Positions 23,661 through 36,690 of a stretch of 64,000 bases of DNA are shown here, piece after piece; the first letter of the stretch is position 1; every line of letters begins with the position of its first letter. Below the pieces are notes generated by a model. It was not told the DNA's origin. It saw only the letters and a list, made by a program, of their open reading frames with translations, and searched no databases. The DNA is taken from NCBI GenBank assembly GCA_031835245.2, contig JAVKOQ020000111.1:1-64000 (forward strand), given 5' to 3'. This DNA comes from Balamuthia mandrillaris (Eukaryota). Made by a program: the position numbers and the translations under genes.

Positions 23661-23855
23661 TTAGATCCTCGAGTCGAAAGCGTTCCGCCAAGTGCCAGTG
23701 AGAAAGTCGGTCCACGATTTGTCCTGCTTCATGCTCCTCAAGCCCAGTAAAACGATGAGAGGGATGTAGCCGTAGTAGATGCACCACTTGCCGTAGTACG
23801 TGCCGAGCTCTCTCAGTTCGTTCAGCTTCTCCACGATCTCCTCTTGTGAGTTCAT
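23661..23855 (-). CDS. TOM7: Mitochondrial import receptor subunit Tom7-like
   Basis: 64-aa single-TM protein; KWCIYYGYIPLIVLLGL resembles the Tom7 motif (H/Y)YG(F/W)IPL(V/I)LYLG. Confidence 0.7.
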   Translation of the reverse strand: MNSQEEIVEKLNELRELGTYYGKWCIYYGYIPLIVLLGLRSMKQDKSWTDFLTGTWRNAFDSRI

Positions 23856-23991
23856 CTTGTTTCTTTCTTCTTTCCTCGAATTGTGATAACTTTTGTCGAT
23901 TTTTTCGACAAAATGTGGATGGAATTATTGTCGACGCTAACACAATGGGAGATATTATTTGTCGACTATCGATTATTGTAATAAAATTCGT

Positions 23992-25443
23992 TTATTGTTG
24001 CCGACAAGATTGCGTGAACCCTTCTCTTTCTTTTCGCAGTGCTTCCCTCCCTGGGTTTGTTGATGGAGGAGAGAGAGAGAGAGAGAGCATAAGAGAAAAG
24101 AATGGTGATAAGCTAAAGCAAAAAAAAAAAAACATACGTTGAAGCCATGACTTGAATTCTTTGTGAGCCTTTGTGTTGCCACACAAGTCACATTCCATTT
24201 TCTGAAACATTACAAGTTGGTATTGAAAGCCCTTTCATAGATGACAGAATAAGTGTAGGAGGAGGAGGAGGAGGAGGAGGAGGAGGAGGAGAAGAAGAAG
24301 AAGAAGAAGAAGAAGAACAAGAAGAATTGCAAAAACAATAAACAGTGAGGAGGAGAAGAAGAAGAAGAAGAAGAAGAAGAAGAAGAAGAAGAAGAAGAAG
24401 AAGAAGAAGAAGAAGAAGAAGAAGAAGAAGAAGAAGAAGAAGAAGAAGGACAAGAACAAGAAGAACAAAAAGAACAAGAAAGAATCAAGTGAGTTAAAGT
24501 GGAAACGAAAGAATGAACAAGTAAAGAAGTAAGGCTTACTGGATTTGGGTTTACAAACGGCCGTACCGCTCTCACATGCTTGAGAGCACAGTCCAGTTTT
24601 ATCTGCCTTGCATACATCAAATAGGCAACCACCACCGATGCACTTCTGGATACACCTGCCATACTATCAAAGTTTTAACAAGGCATGTGTGAGCAAAGAG
24701 AGAGGAAAGCAAATGCACGGCCTACAATCAAAGTAAAAAAGAAACAAGGTTACCAACCAATGTACAAACACAGCACCGCCGTTGAGTAACGCAGACTCTA
24801 TAAACTCAATGCACTCTGGAAAATGAGAGACCACATCTTCAGACGGAGCGTCCATGATGGTCACTCTATGATACACAAAATCCTTTTTTTCAAAAATGGT
24901 TGGTGTGTTGTTGAAACGCCTTGGCACAAAACAAAAACAAAACCCATAACGTTTTGTTACCTCTGGAAACCAAAACTTGGCGTTTTTGCAGACACACAGA
25001 ACGTGGGTGATCCCCCGTTGCTTCAACTCGTCCTTTTTGCAGGCGGAGGAGTAGTCACCGAGCCATAGGCCAGGCACGACCTCGTTCGCCTCAAAGGGGA
25101 GCTTGTTGAAGAAAGTTGGCCGTCGCTCCTGCGACGGTTGGGCTGCCTCTTCTCGCCGTTCATCGTCGTTGTGCCGGTCCGTACGCTCCGTGTCCTCCGC
25201 TTCCTCAGTTCGTGATCCAGTATCAGCACGACATGCGGCCACTCCAGAGGTTCGTTCCGCCTCGTCCGGCCGCCCCGTGAGTTCCATGCTCCTTGAGCAG
25301 GAGGTAACGCTTCCCGTTCCCTGGGGTTGTCTTCCTTTGCTTTGCGGGAATACGATGCACTGAAAAACCATTGGCCGTTTGATTTCTCCCAATCGTGCCA
25401 CGTCGACAAGATCACAACGCACTCCCGGAGTTTCCTCTTCCAA
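23992..25443 (-). CDS. Dual-specificity protein phosphatase, multi-exon
   Basis: EVVPGLWLGD, GITHVLCV, spliced VFVHCMAGVSRSASVVVAYLM, VRAVRPFVNPNP/GFQYQL. Confidence 0.92.
24257..24450 (+). repeat. (GGA)n/(GAA)n microsatellites in a phosphatase intron
   Basis: Long tandem trinucleotide runs. Confidence 0.9.
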
Positions 25444-25699
25444 TGAAAACTTCGCACATCACCTCGGATTTTCCTTTTTCAGCAGTAAGTCTACAAATAT
25501 TTCTTTCGTTTCATGATTTGATTTTTGCTTTGCTTATTTCGGACGTTTCTTCTTTGCTTTTTCTTTCTTCTTCTTTGTTTTTTTTGCCACGTAAAAAAAA
25601 AAGTTTTCGTTGTTCGCTCACTCACTCACTCACTCAACCCACTACTTTTTTGGGATTGTACGTTTCGAACAGCACGCACGCACGCACGTTCGAAAAAAG

Positions 25700-27291
25700 A
25701 TGATCAAGAGCTTTGCAGTGTTTCTGTGTTTGTTGGTAGCTTGCGCGCAAGCCAGCTACGTGTTGGACCTCACCAAGGACAACTTTCAGCAAACCTTGGA
25801 TGAGAATGACTTTGTGTTGGTAGAGTTCTTTGCCCCTTGGTGCGGCCACTGCAAGGCCCTCGCCCCCGAGTACGAGGCCGCCGCCCAGCTGCTCAAGGAT
25901 ACCCCCAACGTCAAGCTCGCCAAGGTGGACTGCACTGTGGAGGAGGACCTCGCTCGCGAGCACGAGATTCGAGGCTTCCCCACCGTCCGTCTCTACCGCC
26001 GTGGCAGCACTGCCGACCCCATCGAGTACAACGCCGCCAGGGAGGCCAACGCCATCGTGGCCTGGCTCAACAAGAAGGCCGGCCCCGCCGCTACCTCTTT
26101 GGCCAACGAGGAGGAGGCCCAGAACTTTGTGACTGAGAAGAAGACCTGCGTTGTTGGCTACTTTGACAACAAGGACAACGAGGAGTACAAGCGCTTCTTG
26201 GAGGTGGCCAACTCATTCGATGACTTTCTCTTTGGAGAGGTCGTTGGTGTGGAGGGCAAGAAGAACGGAGAGGTCGTGCTCCACAGAGAGTTTGATGAGC
26301 CCTTGACCTTCACCACTGCCGAACTCGCCCAGCAACTTCCCATTCATGGCTACCCTTACATTGTTGAGGTTTGTTTTTTTCCTTCACTCTCCTCTTCACC
26401 ACAAACAATGCATGACCTTCCTCTTTTTTTTTCATTGAAACTAAAAGGTGAGGGAGGGCTACCAAAGACACGCTGAGCGTGGCGCCGTCATCGGTCTGCT
26501 GGTCATCGACGAGAACGTGGAGGGTCAGGTGGAGAGCACCATCCAGGCCTTCACTCCTCTTGCCAAGAGCCTTGCTGACAAGGTCGGACTTGTCTACGTA
26601 CCCTCCCGCTTCCACGAGCAGGTTCGCACTGCTATGGGCGCCTCCGACAAGGTTCCTACCTTTGTCCTCAATGACATCAACAAGAACAAGAACTATCCCC
26701 TGCCCGTTGAGCAGGAGTTCACCCCTGCCGCCGTGGAGGAGCACATCACCGCTGCCTTGGAGGGCCGCCTCGCCCCGTTCTTCAAGTCTGAGCCTGTTCC
26801 CGAGAGCAACGATGGGCCTGTCACCGTTGTCGTTGGCCTCAACTTTGAGGAGATCGTATTGGACCCCTCCAAGGACGTCCTTGTCGAGTTTTACGCCCCC
26901 TGGTGCGGCCACTGCAAGCACCTCGCCCCCGTTTGGGAGGAGCTGGGAGAGGCCTTCAAGGACAACGACAAGGTGGTGATTGCCAAGATTGATGCCACCG
27001 CCAATGACAACCCTGTGGTTCAGATCGAGGGCTTCCCTACCATCTTCCTTTTCCCCGCCACTGCCGAGCCCAACTCTCACATTAAGTATCAAGGCGGACG
27101 CTCTTTGGAGGACTTCAAGGCTTGGCTTCAGGAGAACGCCTTGTAAGTAGAATGTTCTTTTGCTTACATGTTTCTCTCTCGTCTTTCTTTTGTGTGATGG
27201 TAATACTTACTTTTGTTCTTTCTCTTCAAATAGTACTTTGAAGGGCGAACAGAAGGAGGATCAGCCTGCTGAGCACAAGGATGAATTGTAA
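25700..27291 (+). CDS. PDI: Protein disulfide isomerase (a-b-b'-a'), C-terminal KDEL
   Basis: Signal peptide; two APWCGHCK active sites; last exon ends AEHKDEL*; two introns. Confidence 0.96.
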
Positions 27292-28130
27292 GAGAATGCG
27301 TGGAAAAAGAAGAAGAAAGAAAAAAAAAAGGCAACACACAAAACATCTCCTTTTTTTTTATTTATGCAATTTTATTTTTTTGTTTTGTTGAAAAAACAAA
27401 AACGAAAACACTTTTCAAGAAAGAAACCATGCGCATTACCAAAACGCAAGGGAGCGGCGATCGGCCAAGTGTTAATTATTTTTTTTTTCGCTCAACAGTT
27501 ATTCTGTGGCAGGAAACGATGACCAAAAGATGAGGGGGCATTGCCTGGAAACTAAATTTGGGAGTGTTTATCCTAAAATCTTACGTTTTTTTTTTCCTTC
27601 CGGAAGGTCCTGGTATGGAAAGCCAATCTGCCGCCCTACAATGAATAGATATGTTTTTCCAAAATTTGAAGTAAAAACCGAAAAAGCGAAAGTACCTGCG
27701 ATCGTAAACACGATGAAAAAGGAAAATAGAGTCCTACGCTACATTCCATACCCGGCCGTGTGGCACCTTGTAAGGGAAAATTGTGGGCAGCAAGGCCATC
27801 TGACGATCTCAGGGTACGCCCAAGGGTTTTTTTTTACTTGATGGCGTTCTCCACTTCTCCCAAGTAAACTCGGAAAATTGTCTTGTTCTTTTTTTTTTTT
27901 TTTTTTTGCAAGCTGGAGTAACCGGGACAAGGAGGAAGTGTTTGTTGTTTTTTTTTTTAAAAAAATATTTTTGTGTTCATGCCAGCTGCTGCTCTCACAC
28001 GACTGAGAAAGGAGCAAGCACAATAGCCACACGGTTCGGGCTTTGCCACACAAAAAATAAAAAAAAACCTGAACCACCGGGCTTTACCGGGAGCCCGTTA
28101 CAACCTTTGTGTGATCCTGAGAGAACATCC

Positions 28131-30066
28131 ATGAACAACACTCCCTCGAAGGAAGAACATGACCGAGAGGTATTGCAATGGTGCGGATATGATATCTGTC
28201 TCATCTATTCTATTCTATAAGAACCTCCTTTTGTTTCATCTTTCTCTGATTTCAACGAAATGCTCTCATCTTTTCTTTTTCTCACTTTTTCTTCCTTGTT
28301 TCATATCAAAACAAAAAAGGTTGAGCGAGAGCTATGAGGAACATCCAGGGGCCACCACTGAGAAGGCCGGAATGTTCCAGGAGTATCTTGATCTCTGTGA
28401 GGCCAGGAACCTGGGATCGCCCTACACTCCGCCAAACTTTGGAAGGCTGGTGCATGAGGCCTTTCCTTCCAGAAGGGCATGCCGCCGCAAGCAAAAAGGG
28501 CAGATCATCCACTGTTACACCAACGTGCGGAAGAAAGGAAGCAATCCTCGACCTATGCGAGGAAGCGGTCATCTTCCCGCCCCCGCGTCTTCTGAGATGC
28601 CTATATCAACTTTTTCTTCTACTTTCTCTTTTTACACAAGCAGCACTTTTGACGACGCTTCTCGTCAACGAGATGCGACGGATCGAGGTTCCGCTTCTTC
28701 AACTTTTTCTTCTTCTTTCTCCTCTTCTTCCTCGTCATCGTCGTCGTCGTTTTTGTCTGCCCCGAAAAAAAGAAAGAAAAGGGGGAACCACGCTAACGAC
28801 GAAGAAGGCGAACCCGAAGGAGAAGAGGAGATAGAAGAGGATCAAACCAGATCTGCTGAACCACACAGCGGAGTAATTCTGCGCCCTTTAACAACTTTTG
28901 GGATGATGGAAGGAAAAAGCCGGACTTTTGAAACAATAAAAGGAGCTGACCGCAGCTTCCCCCATCACCACTGTGGTCAAAAAGAAAGGAACGAAACTGT
29001 GCCTCTCTCCTCTTCTGCTTCTTCTGCTTCTTCCTCCTCCTCTTCTTCTTTTTCGGAGGAAGCCGGAGCTAAGAACTCCGGTAGGCACCCCTGCTATAGT
29101 GCCCCCAAAAGCTCATCTTCCTCTTGTTCTTCCTCCTCATCTTCCACTCGTCCTGTTCCTGCCTCTTCCTCTGCTGCCGTTTATTCCGCATACAGAGAAA
29201 GTAAGGGGCTTCAAGGCCGCGGCAGCAGCAACACTGGCGGCACGGGGGCAAGACGCGCCACCCGAGGAAGAGGAGGCCGACGAAGTGCGAGACCTCGTTC
29301 GCAACCGCCTTCTTCTGCAAGCTCGTCTCCCTCTTCATTCTCTTCCTCCCCGGTCTCGTTTTCATTTTCTTCCTTTTCATCATTTCCTGCTTCTTCCTCT
29401 TCTTCCTTTTCTTCAACAAGCACTTCGCAGCTTCTTCCGTTCCATCCTACTCCCCCTCCCCCCTCGATGCCTCCTTTTTTTCTTGGGCATCATCCACTTC
29501 TCTCAACTCAACAAGAAGGACCACTGCCACCACCTTCACCCCCACATCAAAATCGCAACAGCCCCCACAACAGTAACAGCAGCAGAAGGAGAGGATCTTC
29601 TGCTTCTCCTCGAAGATCATCTTCCACACGAAAACGAAAACGAAAAGAAAAAGAAAAAGAAAAAGAAAAAGAAAAAGAAAAAGAAAAAGAAAAAGAAAAA
29701 GAAAAAGAAAAAGAAAAAGAAAAAGAAAAAGAAGAGGAAAACGATGTACCAGTAGACAAGGACAATGAGCAACGAAGACGAACACGCTCCACATCTCCTC
29801 CTTCTTCCTCACCATCAACAACAGGAGAACAAGAGGAGGATGAACAACTCGAAGAAGGAGAGGATGAGGAGCAGCACTACGCCTACACCACCCGCGACGC
29901 CATTTGCCAGTGGGGCAGACAACGGTTCCCCCGTACGGAGGAGATGAGCGTGGCCACCCACCATGCTCCTCCTCCCGAGTCTTCTTCCTCTTCCTTCTCC
30001 TCCTCTTCCTCCACCGGTAGCAACGCCTATAGCCTCTACGATGAGTTTCGGAATTATTTGTTTTGA
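28131..30066 (+). CDS. RFX-type winged-helix DNA-binding domain protein with a long Ser-rich/(KE)n disordered tail
   Basis: Spliced VLQW/LSESYEEHPGATTEKAGMFQEYLDLCEARNLGSPYTPPNFGRLVHEAFPSRRACRRKQKGQIIHCYTNVRKK aligns by eye to the RFX DBD consensus. Confidence 0.75.
29645..29733 (+). repeat. (AAAGAA)n coding hexamer repeat encoding poly-KE
   Basis: About 14 tandem units. Confidence 0.9.
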
Positions 30067-30256
30067 AAAAGAAAGAGAACAGGGATCATTAGTGCTATTT
30101 TGCTTGTGCTATTATATGAATAAAGAATGCAAAAAAAAAGTTGTGTTTTTTGTTTTGTTGTGTTGCTTTGTGTTAGGTTTGTGCAGTGCGTGATGGTTTT
30201 TTTTTTTAGCTTGCGTGGACGGAAGGAGAGACTTTGGACAGGCCCCCTGTTCTTTG

Positions 30257-31343
30257 TTAGAGCCGAGCGGCGACCATTGCGCGAAGAAGCTTTTGGTATT
30301 CCGCCCTGCATTGAATATCTATCAAGCAACTGAGTTAAGACAGCGAATAAAAAGAGGGAAACAGGAGAAAGAATCCAACCGGAACGACCAGGAATGAGAG
30401 AGGCGATCTCCACCCAGTTCCTCTTACCGATGCGTTGCACAAGCATTCTCAGTTGGTTATGCTCATCTGAAGTAATGGTAAGAAACATGTAAAGAATGAA
30501 CTAAAAGAAAGCTGCGCACCTTTGGTCCAAGGTCCCTTGTTGATATCTGGCCTGAGCACTCTTCTCCAATGTTGAGCTGGTTATGACGAACGAAGTGAGC
30601 AAGAAGTGAGTAACGAAAAAATGGACAGGGAAAGTCAAACAGCAGTTGCATGCTCGTACCGCAACTGGAAGCGGACTTGGTTCCGATTATCTTAGAGATT
30701 TGGACCCATCTGCGGTTCTGGGGGTACTTCTGGACGAGCTTCTTCAACTTCTTCTCTTCTTCCTGCAAAGTGTACATGGTAAGTTGCGTTAATTTGGTTC
30801 TTTAGCTGTAAAAGAAAAATGGCAGTCACCTCGGTCCATCTATTGGGTGGCCTCCTCAGTCTGTCCTTCGTGATGGCTTTCTTGACAGCAGTTGGCTTGT
30901 CCTTCTTCTTCACGTTCTTCTTGGGAGCAGACGCTTTCTTTTGCGGCTTAATTTTTTCTGTAGCAGGTGAAGACGACGTGCCAGAGATGAACTGGAGCAA
31001 CTGCTCTTCGATGCCCCAAACGCGACTAACCTCGAACATGTAGCTGAGACATCTTTCGGCATCCAAAACTTGAATGACCTGTTTCGTTCGAAATACAGAT
31101 GAGCTTCGGCCACCAAACCAAAGAGAAACCTACCCGTACCGCTTGCAACGCGATTGTCGGAGAGAGCTCTCCCTTATGCCACTGATGGAGCACCTGTAGA
31201 ATGGCCGACTCTTGCTCCTCTTTCTCCCTGGGTGCATCGGAGTCCTGGCCCACCCCGAGCTGCTCCAACATCTGCACCACGATCGGCAACGCCTCCTCGA
31301 ACCCCTCGTCTTCCTCCATGCGTTCCACCTTGGCCGGGTTCAT
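30257..31343 (-). CDS. Myb-domain transcription factor (two repeats), multi-exon
   Basis: NRWTE/EEEKKLKKLVQKYPQNRRWVQISKIIGTKSASSC...WRRVLRPDINKGPWTK/DEHNQLRMLVQRIGKRNWVEIASLIPGRS. Confidence 0.9.
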
Positions 31344-32129
31344 GTTCGTGTTGTCTTTACGTGTTTTCTAGTGTAAAAAAAAATGTAGCGAAATGAGTAG
31401 TGGCGAGGAAGGTGAAGAGATGGAAAAATGTAGCAAGCGAGTAGTGTGTACGCTTGGGAGAGAAAAAGAGAAAATGAAAAAAAAAAACGTAGCAGAGCGC
31501 TTCCTTTTAAATTCAAATAAAGTGTAGCAGCCATAGGACAGACCGCTGGAGAGCGAAGAGGCAAAAGCAACACCGGATAAACCAAAAAAAAAAACGTAGC
31601 AAGATTGTATGAAGGGTTTCTCCACCCCGTCAACCTCCCCCATAGAGAGGATATGGCGCAAAAAAAAAAAAAAGAAACGCAGTTTTGCGCGGGAAAAACT
31701 GGATGGTGGCGAAAGTAGAGCGAAAAGAGAGCGAAAACTCTGGGATGATCAGGCGCAAGCCTCCACCGGGATCCACTTTCGCTTTTATGGCCAAATGGGC
31801 GGAACGCAATCCCTGGTCTTCTCCTTTCCAATCTCCTTTTTTGGGGTTCCATGGCGCCACAGCTTACGGTTACAGTTGCAGCCCCCTACACCAGATCTCC
31901 AAGTTTTTTTTTTTTCGCAAAGCCGCTTTTTGCGCAAAACGTTGCAACCTCGTTAAGAAAAAAAAAACTTGCCAGCCAGACGGATGAACAGCAAACAAAA
32001 TACGCTTGATTGACAATGAAGAGCAGCGCAAAGAAGAAGGGGGACAAAGATGAAGCATTGCAACCGCGATCCTAATCCTTTCAGGGTCGTCGTTCTTCAT
32101 GTTCGCCCTCTACATCTTGCGTATCTCCA

Positions 32130-32969
32130 TCACCACACCTGCTCTGCCGCGCTCCTGTATTTTTTCTTTTCACTGCCGTACCCACGGCTGTCGGCATCAC
32201 TCTCGTCCTCACTGCTGCAGTCATCCTCTTCCTCACCGTCGACATCACTCTGGCTTTCATCCTCATCGAATTCACTTTTCCTCTGTGCCTGTTCCCGCAG
32301 GAACTCCGCCTTGGGCTGAGCGCATACCGTCCAACAAGAACTGTCCGGCGGAGCCACGCTCAGAGAAAGCAGGCCTCCCGCCGTGCTCTCCTCGATCTCC
32401 TCCCCGCGCATCTCCTTCTCGGTTAAGCCCCAAGGATTCTCTTGGAAAAACAGCTGACGAACGCGAGCAATGGCCTTCTGCTTGGAGGTGTGCTCACTGT
32501 CGACGTTGCGGTCACCGGGACCGTCGTAGCTGTGCCAGCCATCGTCAAGGTAGTCATCGCTACTCCACACCACGTACGTCAGTCGCGTTTCGTTCTTTTT
32601 CTCCGTCTCCTGCGCTCCTTTTTGGGTGAGTGCCCTTTTCTTCGCAGTTACTTCCACTTTTCCCTTTGTTGGTTTCCCTCCATCTTTGCTTGCTGTCTTT
32701 TCTGATGAGAGCGCTTTCTCCTTTGTCGTAGTTCGTTTTGCAGTGGAGACGCTCCTGTGGGTTGAGGCCGTGGCAGCTTTTGTAGGCTTTGCTGTAGTGG
32801 TTGGCCCCGCGGAAGGCTTATCCGGTTGCTGTTGGTGTTAGTGATTGGCCAGCCGGAAGATGAGCTCTTGCTTTCTTCCGCTCACACGAAGGCCAGCGGC
32901 GCGACACTTCTCCTTCAGCTGTACCACCGTCAGCTTTTGCAGCTGCTCCGCAATTTTCAACGTGTCCAT
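32130..32969 (-). pseudogene. SAP-domain protein interrupted by one in-frame TAA (32840-32838)
   Basis: LQKLTVVQLKEKCRAAGLRVSGRKQELIFRL is a SAP motif; the same frame continues past TAA as HQQQPDKP... into ORF 32657-32130. Confidence 0.65.
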
Positions 32970-33148
32970 GACCTTCTCTGTTTGCCGTGTGTAAGTGAAG
33001 ACTTGGGCAGCACTTTCTTTTGAATGAAAATGGCGGGAAAACAGGTTAAATTTTTCCAAGAAGCAATTGCAGAAAAAAAAAAGGCGGTTGGAGAACGAGA
33101 GAATAGCAATAATAAGGCAGAATCGTGTGATATCTGTTATTATAGTAT

Positions 33149-33952
<804 letters not shown>

Positions 33953-34080
33953 TCACTCGCTGAAAAAAATAAAAATAAATCAGAGAAGGGAGGTTTTTCC
34001 ATGTCGTCATGCACATTGTCCTCACCACGCTTGTTTGTGGAAAACAAGAACAGGTTTTATTTTCTTGTAACTCATCCTTA

Positions 34081-36646
34081 TCAACCCCGATGGTGCAGAT
34101 GGTGATAAGTTTGATGTTGCTGGTGTTGTTCCTCAGCAGCGAATGGAGCGAAGAGATTGTTTGTCATCTCTTGAAAAGCAACTTCCTCCTGTGACCTTGT
34201 ATGGAGGGACTGAGCTCGGCGTCGAGGGATCGTCGTTGAAGACTCGCCCAACGGTGAGGGGGGCATGCATGACGTGGCAGAAGCTGCAGCTGTGGCAGGT
34301 GCTGGATGCAACGACCCTGAGTCTAAGCTGTTGCTCCTCCCTCGTTCGTGCCGCATATCGGTCAGCAAGGAATCAGCAAAACTGGTTTTAAAAAAGATTA
34401 GAACAAGGTTAAAGAAAACACAACACAGTAAAAACAAAATGAAAGGTAGAAAAGAAAGCAAGAAAGATTGAAGAAGAACTAGAAGGAACCTGCGCTCTGT
34501 TTCGTTGAAACCAAGCTGATCGGCACTTCCATCATTGCTGCAAAACGAGTCCATTTCGGTGGTGTTGAGGTATTGGCTGAGCGTTTCCATATCAGAAACG
34601 GCGTGAGGATCAAAGTTAGAGGAAGAAACAGAAGAAGGAGCAGAGGTCTCTGTTGATCCCACCGTTGTTGGTGGCGAGCTGTAATGAGAATAGTGTGCAG
34701 AACCAGCAACTGAAGAAGGAGAAGAAGGTTGTTGTTGATAGGGATTACAAGCTGTATTAGGATGTGGTTGGGGTTGATGTTGTTGTTGGTACTGAAGATG
34801 AGGGTACGGATGAGGGGAATGACGGTGTTGTTGTTGAAGTTGATCCGGTGAATGAAAGTGATGTTGAAGTTGAGGATGAGGATAAGAAGGATGATGATAA
34901 GGAGGCGCCGCCATCATATCATCGCCAATGTTGTTATTAATAGATGGTGATGTTGTTGGTGTGGCAAAACGACTTTGCATTTGTCCAAGAAATTGGTGTG
35001 TGACAGCAGAGGTAGGACTATTCATGAATGGAGGGTGATGATTCGACCATCCGCGAGGGTCGCTGTTGCTTCTCCTTCTTGTGCCTAGTTCTTGACTCAC
35101 CAGATGAGTAAATGGTCTAAGTTTGCTTTGTCTCTCGTTACCATTGTTGAAAATATTGTTGATGCCATTGTTGTTGTTGTTACTGTTGCGATTTGTTTGT
35201 TGCTGAAGATGATCTGGTGTCATCAAATGAAATTCAGGTTGGGAAAGGGTACGTGGAGATTTCGCAAGAGCAGAGGAACGAGAGGTCCGAGGAGAACGAG
35301 AAGCCCGCGGAGAAGAGGATCTTGGAGAAAGGGTCAACACAGAAGAGCCAGTAGAAGAAGATGACGACGAAGAAATAGAATGTGGAGGATCGCCGATGGG
35401 AGGAGAATGAGGAGGAGGCGGAGAACGGTTTGAAGAAATGGTTGTTGAGGGAGAGGAAGGGCGTTGTGGTAATTGTTGCTGATCTACAAGATGAAGTTGA
35501 TTTTGCAGTTGATAAGGTAGATGATGATAGTAATGTTGTTGGTTTGCTACAAATTGAGGAGAAGAAATTTGGGAGTAAGCGGACTCGCTGGAAGAATACA
35601 TGGAAGGAGAAGGCATAGGGGATGACAATGGAGAGGAAGAAGGAGAGCCGGATGCAGTCGTCAACGGAGAAGATACTGGCGAGAATATTTGATTTGACAT
35701 AAACATCATAGCACTACTGGAGTCGTTGTAATGAAGAGGAACACCTCCTTGTCTTTCCAACAGGGTGTCGCTATCGCTGCTGCTTCTTTTTCTGTTTCGC
35801 AATTGCGCTTGTTGAAAGTTGTGAGCGAGAGAAGCTCCAAAAGGTGCGCCTGGAACATGAGTAACTCCGGAAGGGGAAGGAGAGGGAGAAGAAGACGAAC
35901 TAGGAGAGGCAGGAGAAGCAGGCAGAGGAAAGCGTGAAAGCGGTTGAGATCGACTTCGAGGAAGAGAAGAGGAAAAGGAAGCCATCGCCGAGGGAGGTAT
36001 TGAAGAAGCGGGAGAAGAAGAACCTGGTGACGACGGAATGTTTTGTTGATTATGTAGGGCGGCAGAATAAGCGGGAGAAGGAGACAGGTAAGTGGTGTTT
36101 GTGGAGGAGTCATGATGAGTGTGTTGTGGTGGAGCGCCCCAACTTTGGCTTCTTCTTCGAGTGGCACCAATGCCCTAAGCGTTTTCAAGGTAAAAAGAAT
36201 ATTTGTTTCAGTGAGAAGGAAAGGGAAAAACAACTTGCAGAAGGAAGAACAACAAGAAAAAGGAAAATAAAACAAAGAAAAGAGAGAAGAGAAAAAGTAA
36301 AGAATAAGTGCCTCTTCTTCAAAAATATTGGGTGACCGCCGAGAAAGAGCGTTACTTTCCATGGGCAGAATAGGAACAACTGAACTGGAATTTGATGCAG
36401 CCGACGCAGAAGAAGCAGAAGGATGTTTGCTCCTACTGTTGTTGTAATTGCTATGAACGTGATTGTTGTCGGTGTCTTCGCATTTAGTTTCCATTTCGTA
36501 ACATAAAACGGCTTCTATCCATGCAAACAAGAGACGGAACTGTTTGATAGTTGTAGCGTCGTTTAGGATCAATTCGGCCATCAGCTGAGAAAAGAAATGA
36601 GACCTGTTTGAAATTAGTTTTTTTTTTTTGTTAGGGTGAATGCCTC

Positions 36647-36690
<44 letters not shown>

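Noticed and set aside
27506..27841. 111-aa ORF between PDI and the RFX-like gene
   Set aside because: Non-ATG start, no recognisable motif, AT-rich intergenic composition
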